Of a DNA stretch of 64,000 nucleotides, positions 53,557-63,500 are shown one piece after another. The translations under genes and the position numbers were made by a program. Below the pieces are notes generated by a model, which did no database searches, was not told the DNA's origin, and saw only the letters and a program-made list of their open reading frames with translations. This stretch comes from a virus. Location: positions 18,536 through 82,535 of the IMG/VR virus record IMGVR_UViG_3300021495_000001. One strand, given 5' to 3'. Position 1 is the first letter of the stretch. Each line of letters starts with the position of its first letter.

Positions 53557-53599
53557 CCCCTCCATATTATTATACTCATTTTACCCTCTTTCCCTAATG
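53557..53599 (-). promoter_or_regulatory. Conserved phage promoter-like motif, copy 5 (minus strand)
   Basis: The reverse complement reads CATTAGGGAAAGAGGGTAAAATGAGTATAATAATATGGAGGGG. It begins on the CAT TAG end of the 944-aa tail gene. Confidence 0.5.
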
Positions 53600-56428
53600 C
53601 CCTTCTAATGCTTCTATCTTTTTACTTAATTGCCTTATAGCACCTAACAACAGGCTTAAAGTAGCTGTCATGTCTAATGCTTCTATTCTTACCGTTACCT
53701 TCTCATCATCCTCATAAGTTATTTCTGCATTTTTGGATAAAATACTTTGTAAATGCTCTTTAAAATCTTCTTCATCCTTTTTTAAATCACTGTATTTTAC
53801 TGTTTTGATGAACTTAGGTAAAGTTTTATAGTCTGCTTTGGGTAATTCTTTTGGGGTATATTTATCTTTGCTAACTTTAATATTTTTGATTACCTCAAGT
53901 GGGCTTGCTATTTCTTCTACCATTCCAAGTGAGCAAACATCATTTGGGACACAATAAAAAACTTCATTCCACGCATAAGAAGCAGTCCCATTATTATAGC
54001 TGGCATGTGAGCTAGGGCGAAATGTTCTATAACATAGAATTTCATCACGAATTGTTAATCTAGCTTCAGCATTCGCTTTAATGTAAACCTCACCTCCAGT
54101 GCCAGCATATAAAGTCAAATTATCATTAGCTTCAACATATATATCACCTGTGTTATAAGCCAAAGAATAAACACGGCCCTGCAACACTCCATCTGCATAA
54201 AAACGGACTTGGCAAAGAGTATTTAATTCTCCTATATTCACATAGTCACTGTCAGTTCCAAAATGCCCTTCCCCTCTAAAGAATGGGTTACCACTTCTTG
54301 GGATATCCACCATTTTCGTGCCTGATTGATACATCCGTAAGCCGCTATAATCTAGAATACATCCAGTAGAAGGATTAGACCCATAATCCAACTGCGTAGT
54401 AACAATATATCCTGCATTGATTTTTGTAGCCGATATATCAGAAATCTTGACATTGGTAATGGTAGCATCTGTTATATAAGCACCATGAATACTAGAGCCA
54501 CTCTGTGCAACCAATTTGCCTTGAATAGTAAAGGTTGAGCCATCCCAATACAGATAATGACTGCTAGAACCAACCCTAAAATTTCCCCCAGGATACCAGT
54601 AATTATAGCTGTCAAATACTAAGTCCCCTTTGATTGTCAATGTTGTGCCATTCCATGTAATCTTTTTTCCACTAGAGCTACCCACAGAAAACAATGGAGT
54701 GCCACTATCATTTGCACCTAGGAAAAATCCTGTGCCTGTATCAAAAGCAGTTTGCCCTGAACGGATAAAACCACCAGCATCAGCAATAAAACCACCAGTA
54801 ACTCTAACTGTGCCCTCTACAAACAAGGTAGCTTGGTCTCTATCCCAGCGTAACCCATAACCATAACCTGAAGGCAAGTTTTCCCATGCAGAGGGGACGG
54901 TGGTATAAATGGTTATATCACTAAACTGGGTTAAATCATCCCAATCATCTAGCTCAATGGAGTATCTTGTAGCAATGACTTTAACCGATAAATCATTGTT
55001 TATCTCTACACTATCTATGACTGCTTTATACTCACCACCATAATTATCTCCATTTATTGTGATTACATCCCCTGGTTCAAGTGCTAATAACTCACTTCTG
55101 CCAGTAAAAGATATTTGAGCAACTTTAAAGAACTTACGCTGAAACACTAAGCAAGCTAGCTTTTGGACATGAACTGCATTTTGAACCCAAGGAATAAATA
55201 CTGTTTCATCACTAATATAATCGGTGGTAGAGCCTTTACCTGGAACTAGGGCTTTAAGTATATTGTCCTGTGGCTCGTCCTCTTTTTGCCATGCTACATA
55301 TCCACTATCTGATAGCTCCTCTGATAGTTTAGAATAATCAAAACTCTCTTTAACCACTAATGAGGTAGTAATTGTTTTTTGGCTTGTTTTAGATAGGACA
55401 GATAGCACTAGTTTATCTCTAACCAGTATTCTAGCATGGCACATATTTAGTAGAGTGGATAGTATAGACTGTCTGGTTGATTTCTTCCAAAAACCACCAT
55501 TCCACTCTAAGCCCCAACTAGTAAAGGTAGAGGCTGCACTGGTAAATGAATCATCATCTATCTCATCATCAGGCACACCAAAATCTTTTAGTATCTCTTT
55601 TATAATGTTTGCTGGGTTGGTAGTAGTGTTGTAGCTAAATTTGGTGGGCATATCCAGTATCTTTTGCCCACTAATCCATACGCCACAAGCATCTGGAGTG
55701 CCATCTAAATTAGAATCAGCTATGATAGGCTGAAATACCCGCCAAGAGTTACCAAACTGGTCTGTTTTTGTGGATTGAGTAAAAGTATAGCTAGAGGAAG
55801 ACCACGACTGTTTTATACCCCATTCAGCAGGGGTATGAACTTCGGCAATTGTATAAGTATTATCAGTAGAACCAAGCAAGTAATATCTATCCCCATCTAT
55901 TTCCACAGGCCGTAAAGGGATGTATGCAGTGCCAAAACATACAGGCACGCAAAGGTCTTCATCCTCATAATAATTATCTGGGAATAAGGCTTTTACATAT
56001 TTGGTATTAGGATATGCACCTTCTAAATACTTTTGTAAGAAATCTTCACACTCTAAAGTAATTGACTGATAACTACCATAAGCCCGTATAATATTAAACT
56101 TCCATTTGGCAATCAGAGTATCATCTATCAATAAATAAATTAAAACACTGCCATCTACAAAATTGTCTGCCGTGTAGGTGTTGTCTTTATTCCCTATTTC
56201 AATTCTCACTTCATTAGGTGTGATGATACCTGCTTCTGATTGATTTCGGTTCAAAGTGATACCAGGAAAATCTACTATATTAAAAGAGTAAGTGGTTGAA
56301 TTGTATGTGTATTCTCTAGTTGACCAGTGGTATGAATTATCATACTTATCCGTTATATCAAACAGCCAAATGGCCGATTTATAAGTTTTACCTAGTAAAT
56401 AATTTTGTGTGCTGTCTAAACTTCTCAT
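53594..56428 (-). CDS. Tail hub / host-specificity protein
   Basis: 944 aa, last large gene of the tail module. The N-terminal ~150 aa pattern (AIWLFDITDKYDNSYHWSTREYTYNSTTY) resembles GTA/phage hub N-domains. The C-terminal part may be a chaperone-like segment. Confidence 0.55.
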   Translation of the reverse strand: MRSLDSTQNYLLGKTYKSAIWLFDITDKYDNSYHWSTREYTYNSTTYSFNIVDFPGITLNRNQSEAGIITPNEVRIEIGNKDNTYTADNFVDGSVLIYLLIDDTLIAKWKFNIIRAYGSYQSITLECEDFLQKYLEGAYPNTKYVKALFPDNYYEDEDLCVPVCFGTAYIPLRPVEIDGDRYYLLGSTDNTYTIAEVHTPAEWGIKQSWSSSSYTFTQSTKTDQFGNSWRVFQPIIADSNLDGTPDACGVWISGQKILDMPTKFSYNTTTNPANIIKEILKDFGVPDDEIDDDSFTSAASTFTSWGLEWNGGFWKKSTRQSILSTLLNMCHARILVRDKLVLSVLSKTSQKTITTSLVVKESFDYSKLSEELSDSGYVAWQKEDEPQDNILKALVPGKGSTTDYISDETVFIPWVQNAVHVQKLACLVFQRKFFKVAQISFTGRSELLALEPGDVITINGDNYGGEYKAVIDSVEINNDLSVKVIATRYSIELDDWDDLTQFSDITIYTTVPSAWENLPSGYGYGLRWDRDQATLFVEGTVRVTGGFIADAGGFIRSGQTAFDTGTGFFLGANDSGTPLFSVGSSSGKKITWNGTTLTIKGDLVFDSYNYWYPGGNFRVGSSSHYLYWDGSTFTIQGKLVAQSGSSIHGAYITDATITNVKISDISATKINAGYIVTTQLDYGSNPSTGCILDYSGLRMYQSGTKMVDIPRSGNPFFRGEGHFGTDSDYVNIGELNTLCQVRFYADGVLQGRVYSLAYNTGDIYVEANDNLTLYAGTGGEVYIKANAEARLTIRDEILCYRTFRPSSHASYNNGTASYAWNEVFYCVPNDVCSLGMVEEIASPLEVIKNIKVSKDKYTPKELPKADYKTLPKFIKTVKYSDLKKDEEDFKEHLQSILSKNAEITYEDDEKVTVRIEALDMTATLSLLLGAIRQLSKKIEALEGH

Positions 56429-58495
56429 CTATCCCTCTGAATAATTACCTAAAACTCTCAATCTTACTGGGTCAATTGAGTATAATCCTCCTGCTGCTAT
56501 TGTCCTTTTCATTTTTGTATCAAACCGCACTACATAGTCATGGCTGTCTTTAGGATTTTGCCATTTAAAAGTCTTTGTCTTCTCCACCCCTAAATAAAAA
56601 CTAAACAATTCATTACTCTCACTTTTTGTCAATGCAGGCCACTTTAAGGTAACATAAAATTTTACATCCCCTAGCTCTATTCGTTTCTCATCAAACCCAC
56701 TACCTAGCAATATTTTCTGCCAAGGTTCGCCATCTTCCACCATTATCTCTTGTGGTTCTATGGGCAAAGAGTAATCATAATCAGGTGTTAAAGAATCCAG
56801 ATAGTTCCACATCTCACCTGTCATCCTCTCGTAAGCACCAATGTCAACCCCTTCACCTCTTGGAACAGAGTTACCTTCATAATCTTCCGTCAATCCAACA
56901 CCTATCCCTGCATCAATACAGGGGGAAGAAAGTTGGAGATGGAAGTCATAATTATCTGCATCTATAAAGAGTGGGTTTTGACATAAAGAATGAGAGTCTT
57001 GTGAATGGTCATAAGACCAATAACCCGACTCACTCCCAAGAATATGGTCAAAGTCATATCCCTCACCTGCCCAACATATACAGTTTTTATCGCCTGAATC
57101 TTCATAAAAAAGATTATAGTCTGATTCTAGATTAAAAGTTCCATTGGGAATATAACGCAAATCATATCCAGCAGAATCTTGAAAAAGACCTATTATATTA
57201 TTTTTAAATGAGAAAGTCAGTGTAGAATCTGATGACACGTAAATACGAGCATTTGCTGTTGGGCCTGGTCCTGCACCATTGTTCTTCCAAATTACATTAT
57301 TAAATACTTTAATGTTTGAGGTTAGCCCGCTGGAAACAGTTATTATCAAACCTCCCCACGGACCAGAACTTTCCTTGCTCCCTATTCCATTGTTATAAAT
57401 AATATTGTAATAAATCTCATAATCTCCATCTACACTTTCAAGTGAAATTCCTCTACCATCACAATTATAGATTTTATTATATCTAATTATAATATCAGTT
57501 ATATTCCCACCATCAGCTCCCCCTGAGCATGTAACAATTCCCTTTGCTCTTGTGCTTTTGTCTGAATAATCACATCCAATATCATGGATTATATTATGTT
57601 CAATTGTAATATCGTGAGGCTCTTGAGAACCCTCGGAGCCATAACTAGACAAAGCAATTCCTTCCTTATCCTGCGGATTGTTACCATTTAAAATACCAGC
57701 CTTTTTCCCAATATGATGAATATGGTTATATGCCACCGTAATATTTGAACAATCAGCACCAATAGCAATTGCTCGCTCATCACAATATGTAATCTCATTA
57801 CTCTTAACAGTGCAATTATAGCAACTATTTAGACTTACTCCCAAATATCCTCCATATAAAATATCACAATTGGAAATCTCACAGGAATTAGAATCTTCAA
57901 AAACTACTACACTTCTCAGATACAAAGAGTCTGGGTCATATGGTCGTTCATAGGCATTCCCCACCTCAAATCTTAAATTTTCCACCTTTATATAAGATTT
58001 TCCATTAATGTAGAGTGGGTGCTTTCTAGCTCCTAATTCTACAACATGGTCGTCAGGAGTGCCTGATGACGGTTTATAATAAATATAATCCGAATCATCT
58101 CCACCCCATTGTCCTGAACTCAAATCTGAGCCATCTGTTGGGCTTACTTTTTGTAATTTTTGACCATCTTCCAATAAAATTCTGTAATGTAATGAGTTAC
58201 CGCTAATTTGCCAAACACCATTTTCATCTGGTCCTGTCCAACCTGTCTCAATATCCGCCCCTGTTATCTTAGGTTTATCACCACTTCCATAAGCACCAAA
58301 AGTAATAAGATTCCCATTTGAACCAGATGAAGGAACGGTTAAAGTTTCTCGCCACACCTCCCCTCTTTTGAAATAAATACTATCCCCAGCACTGAAACTA
58401 GTAGAGTTTACCTTAGATACAGTCTTCCAAGGCTGGGTTTGCGTTCCAGGGTTACTGTCATTACCCAAAGTCGCATCTACATAATAGCTAGCCAT
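56429..58495 (-). CDS. Right-handed beta-helix (pectate-lyase-fold) tailspike/depolymerase with C-terminal Dit-like domain
   Basis: Repeated NxxIxxN/ISNC/IHHI-type rungs (CEISNCDILYGG, CTVKSNEITYCD, ITVAYNHIHHIG, IIRYNKIYNCDG). The C-terminal ~110 aa are homologous to the ORF at 60033..60518. Confidence 0.65.
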   Translation of the reverse strand: MASYYVDATLGNDSNPGTQTQPWKTVSKVNSTSFSAGDSIYFKRGEVWRETLTVPSSGSNGNLITFGAYGSGDKPKITGADIETGWTGPDENGVWQISGNSLHYRILLEDGQKLQKVSPTDGSDLSSGQWGGDDSDYIYYKPSSGTPDDHVVELGARKHPLYINGKSYIKVENLRFEVGNAYERPYDPDSLYLRSVVVFEDSNSCEISNCDILYGGYLGVSLNSCYNCTVKSNEITYCDERAIAIGADCSNITVAYNHIHHIGKKAGILNGNNPQDKEGIALSSYGSEGSQEPHDITIEHNIIHDIGCDYSDKSTRAKGIVTCSGGADGGNITDIIIRYNKIYNCDGRGISLESVDGDYEIYYNIIYNNGIGSKESSGPWGGLIITVSSGLTSNIKVFNNVIWKNNGAGPGPTANARIYVSSDSTLTFSFKNNIIGLFQDSAGYDLRYIPNGTFNLESDYNLFYEDSGDKNCICWAGEGYDFDHILGSESGYWSYDHSQDSHSLCQNPLFIDADNYDFHLQLSSPCIDAGIGVGLTEDYEGNSVPRGEGVDIGAYERMTGEMWNYLDSLTPDYDYSLPIEPQEIMVEDGEPWQKILLGSGFDEKRIELGDVKFYVTLKWPALTKSESNELFSFYLGVEKTKTFKWQNPKDSHDYVVRFDTKMKRTIAAGGLYSIDPVRLRVLGNYSEG

Positions 58496-58739
58496 TTTTC
58501 TTTTCTTCTAGCCATTTATTTATTTCCTCTTGAGTCACTAACCTTTTATCCTTCAGAAGGTTAATCAAAGCAGTTATCTCCGCCAATAAATCTTGCAATT
58601 GTGCTGTTCTAGTATTCAATTCTTGCTCCACTGCTTTTAATGTTTCAGTCTTAACTCTTCCAATTTCTTCCTCAAGCAAAATAATCCGTTCCAAAAGCTG
58701 TTTTCTGGTTGGTTTCTTAAACTTAATAAATCTACCCAT
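58488..58739 (-). CDS. Coiled-coil protein
   Basis: 83 aa, heptad-rich. Confidence 0.4.
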   Translation of the reverse strand: MGRFIKFKKPTRKQLLERIILLEEEIGRVKTETLKAVEQELNTRTAQLQDLLAEITALINLLKDKRLVTQEEINKWLEEKKNG

Positions 58740-58748
58740 TCAAAGCTC

Positions 58749-60020
58749 CTAAGTTAAATCTACATATCTCCAATTTCCATTTACATAGGCATAAAGCCTT
58801 TGCCCTGGATTACTTGCATTAGTATCTGCTGCCAAAATAATCAACCCACTAGCACCAGTTGGAGGAGTATAATTTGTAAAGTTCCCTCCATAATCATCTA
58901 CATCCTCTCTTACTCTAACACCTTCGGTAAAATAACCTTTTCCAGACGCATGGATTGCCTCATCAGGGTCCGCCACTCCTATGCTAACACTACCCTTTAA
59001 AAATGTCTTTATAATACTATCATTACCTAATACTATTGTATTACTTCCTTTTCCTGTTACATCATATCCAATTACTATTTCATTAGTAACGCCGTCAGCA
59101 GACGCTTTGGTGTTAGAGCCAATAAAAATACATTGGTTAGAGGTTTGATTTGGGTCAGTGCCATTGGCAATATAGTATCCAGCAGAATATCCAATTGCTA
59201 TATTATCATCTCCAGTAGTATTAGCACGAAGAGCATTAGTCCCAACTGCAAAATTACGCCCACCAGAGGTATTACTGTATAGAGCATAAGGGCCAATCGC
59301 CATATTATGAAAATCATTTGAGTTATAGAGTGCATAGGGGCCAACTGCTACATTATTGCCACCCGCAGAATTGGTATAAAGAGCATAAGGTCCAACTGCT
59401 ACATTACGATTACCAATTGAGTTAGCATGGAGAGCATAAGGGCCAACTGCTGCATTATGGTGAGCAATGGTAACGCTGTTTAATGCTCCATATCCCACAC
59501 CAAGATTATAACTGCCATGGTAAGTTTCTGTCGCTGTTTCCCCCATAGTAAAATTCCCAGCACCTTCTCCTACAAAGAGGTTATATCCATCAGTGGTCAC
59601 AGTCCCATTATTACCATAATTAAAGTTATGAAAAAACGCAGTCCCTTCTTTGTATATAATCCCATACTGATTGGCATGAGTGGTGTTCTCTAGATTTATA
59701 CTACCAGTCATATCAAGTTGATAATCAGGGCTTTTACCCAGCCCTAATCTATTATTTGTCCTATCTATATATAACGGTTCAAGAAAACTAAGTCTAAGCA
59801 ACCACCGCCCTGTGTTTGAGCCTACATCATCAGGTGCAATTACATCTGGAGAGCTTTCTGAGGATGAACTACTAGCATCAAAGACATGAACATAGATATA
59901 ATCATCTGTCACAGTGAATGCTAACTCGCCGTCTTGCAATGAATTATATGGCAAAGCATCAAGAGCACCTGAAGCCCCGCCAGTTAACGCAACACATGAA
60001 TATACTCGTTTATCTGCCAT
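58749..60020 (-). CDS. Tail fibre protein with YadA-head/Hep_Hag-like repeats
   Basis: NAAVGPYALHANSIGNRNVAVGPYALYTNSAGGNNVAVGPYALYNSNDFHNMAIGPYALYSNTSGGRNFAVGTNALRAN. Confidence 0.6.
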   Translation of the reverse strand: MADKRVYSCVALTGGASGALDALPYNSLQDGELAFTVTDDYIYVHVFDASSSSSESSPDVIAPDDVGSNTGRWLLRLSFLEPLYIDRTNNRLGLGKSPDYQLDMTGSINLENTTHANQYGIIYKEGTAFFHNFNYGNNGTVTTDGYNLFVGEGAGNFTMGETATETYHGSYNLGVGYGALNSVTIAHHNAAVGPYALHANSIGNRNVAVGPYALYTNSAGGNNVAVGPYALYNSNDFHNMAIGPYALYSNTSGGRNFAVGTNALRANTTGDDNIAIGYSAGYYIANGTDPNQTSNQCIFIGSNTKASADGVTNEIVIGYDVTGKGSNTIVLGNDSIIKTFLKGSVSIGVADPDEAIHASGKGYFTEGVRVREDVDDYGGNFTNYTPPTGASGLIILAADTNASNPGQRLYAYVNGNWRYVDLT

Positions 60021-60032
60021 ACCCTAACCTCT

Positions 60033-60518
60033 TCAATCTAAATCTAATGCGTTCCACCCCAACACTCGTAAATCGATTGAAAAACTATCAGTATAAAATC
60101 CTCTTTTAAGGCTATTCTCTAAATCTGTATCAAACCGCACTACATAAGTGCAGTTATCTGTGGGATGTGTCCATTTGAATGAGTTAATCCTGCCATTAGC
60201 CTTATTTTCATTAAAATAAAAATCAAACAGCGTTGCAATCTGGTTTTTACTTAGCTGAGGGAAGTTCAGTGTGACTATAAAAAATGGCTCACTCATAGCC
60301 ACCCTTTCCTCATCATTGTCTTCTGTTTCAACTATCCTACACTCTGTATCTATATTCTCAGACAAACTCTCCACGGGCAAATCAGGAAACTCTGCATCAT
60401 AATCTGGTTCTTTGTGAGGTAAATAATCAGCCATTTTACCTGAAATATTACACCACTGCCATCCATCACCCCATGCCCAACCATCTGCCCATTGCCAAGA
60501 GAAAAACGACTTAGCCAC
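60033..60518 (-). CDS. Distal tail protein-like (DUF2460/GTA Dit-type) protein
   Basis: Immediately downstream of the tape measure. FFIVTLNFPQLSKNQIATLFDFYF...FKWTHPTDNCTYVVRFDT. Confidence 0.5.
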   Translation of the reverse strand: MAKSFFSWQWADGWAWGDGWQWCNISGKMADYLPHKEPDYDAEFPDLPVESLSENIDTECRIVETEDNDEERVAMSEPFFIVTLNFPQLSKNQIATLFDFYFNENKANGRINSFKWTHPTDNCTYVVRFDTDLENSLKRGFYTDSFSIDLRVLGWNALDLD

Positions 60519-63500
60519 TAGTGCGACACCCTCCTTACTTGCTTAATCAGTTCAGAGTGACCTCGCCTCATTTGCTCGGCTGTAACTGTTGCTATTTCTC
60601 TACCGTCTATATGCAGATGGATAGATTGAGAACCAGACCCACTAGTTACACCAGCACTTAGTAATGATGATGCAATTGACTTACCTAGTTTATCACTGTC
60701 AATCTCAACCTTAATATTTGTATTGCGTGGTAAGATTGTCTCCCCAGCATGGAGATGATATAGACCCTCTCTAGTAGTTACCCCACCTGTTTGTGCCGAT
60801 GGAACTCCAGTTAAATAATTGTATATCTTCTCCAGCCAGTTTGCTGTTGCTGTAAGCAGTCTAATATCTTCTGGCATTTGCTCTTCTATTTGTTTTGCAA
60901 GATATTCCCCCACTTCTCTTAGACGGTCATGGATTGCCATCATCCTGTTGGCATACTCCTGTCTTAGCAGTGTAATTTGTTGCTCAGCTTGGGCATCTAT
61001 TGCTGCTAACCGTGCTGATAAATCACTGCCAATATTGTTCATTGAACGCTCAATATCTCTAGCCCTATTTTCTAGTACCTCTGTCTGCCTTTCCATTACA
61101 TCAATCTGTGTCTGTAATAAATCTATCTCAGACACTGCATTATCTTGAACATCCTGTAAAGTGCTTACTACTTGTTGCCAAATGTCTAAATATTGGCTTG
61201 GTGCATATATCTTAGCTACTTCTAAATACCTCTTTGAAAACTCAATTAGCTCTTGTGCAGCTTCAGGACTAGTCCTTGCCGCTTCCACTAATTCAGCCCA
61301 TTTGACTTGATAGGCAGCCCAAGATTGCACTGGTGCTTCAGGGCCAAACTGTAATTCTTGCAGCCTTTGCTTTATACTATCTATCACTCCTTTCCATTGT
61401 TCTTTAATGCTTTCTAATTCTCTCTTTTGTTCTCGGAGTGCTGAGGTTTCTTCTTGTATTCCATTCAGTCTTTCCTGCATCACCGCTCTTTGTGCTTCCA
61501 CTTCAGCCCTGATTTGTGCTTTTCTTTCCTCTGCCCTTGCCCTAATGGCTTGCGCCTCAAATTCAAACTGTCTCTGTAATAAGCTAAAATATGTTGAGGC
61601 ATCTGCAATCAACTCATCCCATCTACCTGCTAAGGCATCAATATCACCCCAAATCAGCCCCCATTTAGTTTCTAATTGTGTAACCTGCCATGAAATGAAA
61701 GCAGGTTCAGGCAATCTGAATTGCTGAATAGAAGAATACAAAGATTTAAGAGGTGCAATTACTGATTGTTCTATAAGATTTTTAATCTTCAATGTAACAG
61801 CTAATAACAATCTCTCTGTGGACAAACCTAAAGAAGTAAGCTCAGCTAGTTTTTCCTGATACCAGCTTCTTATCTCTCGTAAATTCTGCTCAAATGAACT
61901 CAAAGTATATTGAGCAATAATATCTTCTATCTCACCAATAATGGAGACCACCGTTGACAAGTATTCATTGACAGTTTGTCCAAACTCCTCTGCTTTCTTT
62001 TTTACTTCTTCTTCCTTTAGCCCCTGCACTTCACCTTTATACCTTTCCAGCATATTCACGAGTTCATTAGCAATCTCATCCTTATACACATTCACCAATC
62101 CCTCTCCATATTTATCCACTAGGTTCATGATTGTTTTGGCATAAGTGAAAGCAACACCTAGAGATGGTAATACTTCTCTGCTAAGTCTCTCATATAACTT
62201 TTTCATTTGCTCATTCCAGCGATGCCCAATCCCACCAACTAGCTCTTCAATCCTAGGCAATCCAAATTTCTCAAATAAATCCATGCCAAGTAATCTATTG
62301 TATTCTTCTATAATTGGCACTGCCCAAGCATTGTATGTTTGTGATACCAGTTCATTAACAAACTGCTTAGCTAGATTTTCCATGTTTTTCTTACCAGCAC
62401 CAAAAGTCATTTTAATGCTGGGCAATTCTTCAAATCTCATTGTTGAAGGAAGAATACTTTGGTAAAAATCAACCAAATCATCTACAAAACTACCAAATGC
62501 CTGTGTAATCTCATCCATGCTTCCTTTGACATCTCTCTTTTCCATTATTGTGATTCTAGCAAACTTAGTCTTATACATTGCATAGATTTCAGTATGTTCA
62601 TCCAGATATTTTTCAATCTCCCTCATATACCCTTCTACATAATCCAGACTATCACTTAAACCTTTTAATGATAATTCTGCTGTTCCACGCAAGGTTGGCC
62701 ATTTACGGCTAAATATTCCACCTAACCAGCCAAAAAGAACATCTGAAATCTCTTCCAGCCATCCCATACCAAACCCTAAGCCCCACCAAGTCTTTTCCAT
62801 TCCAACAGGAACAGTAGGTATCCCCGCTGCACCAGCCCCAACACCTACCCACTCAACTCTACCTTTAAAAATTGCCCTTGCAATCTCTGCCGATACAATA
62901 GTTGCCGTGGCAATCATAGGATGCCCTGTAAACATGGCCGCTGCTGCCCCAACACCACCAACAGCTCGCCAAGGCTCCCCCCTTACCATTCCAGCAATGC
63001 CGTATGCAGCAGTTCCCAATGTTCCTAATAATCCACGAGCACCGCCAGCCATTGAGCGCATTGACTTGAGCCAATCAGTAAGCATCTCAGCCAGAGCACT
63101 TGACAATGACCGCCTAATAGCAACCCAAACACTATTTGCAAAATCCCTAAAAGAAGCAAACCCCTGCATGGCTTGGTCCAGAAAATCAGCAATATTTTGT
63201 CTTATCTCATACCAAACAGACAGGTATACCTCTTCTACCTCTCCTCCACTCTTCTTAATCTCTTCATTAACCTCTCTAACCTTCTCTCCATACCTTTCCC
63301 AAGCACTTGTAATCCCCCGCACATAAGTTTCCTGCGAAATCATCCCTGCTTCTAACAGCTTGTTTAGTTTCTTCACCTCTTCCTGATACCGCTCCAGTGG
63401 AGTCCTAGTCGCTTTCCACACTGCCTCAGCCTGTTTTTCCATCTCCCCATAAACACCCCTAATGTCTTCAACAATGCTCTCTGCTGCCTTCTCCAGTTTC

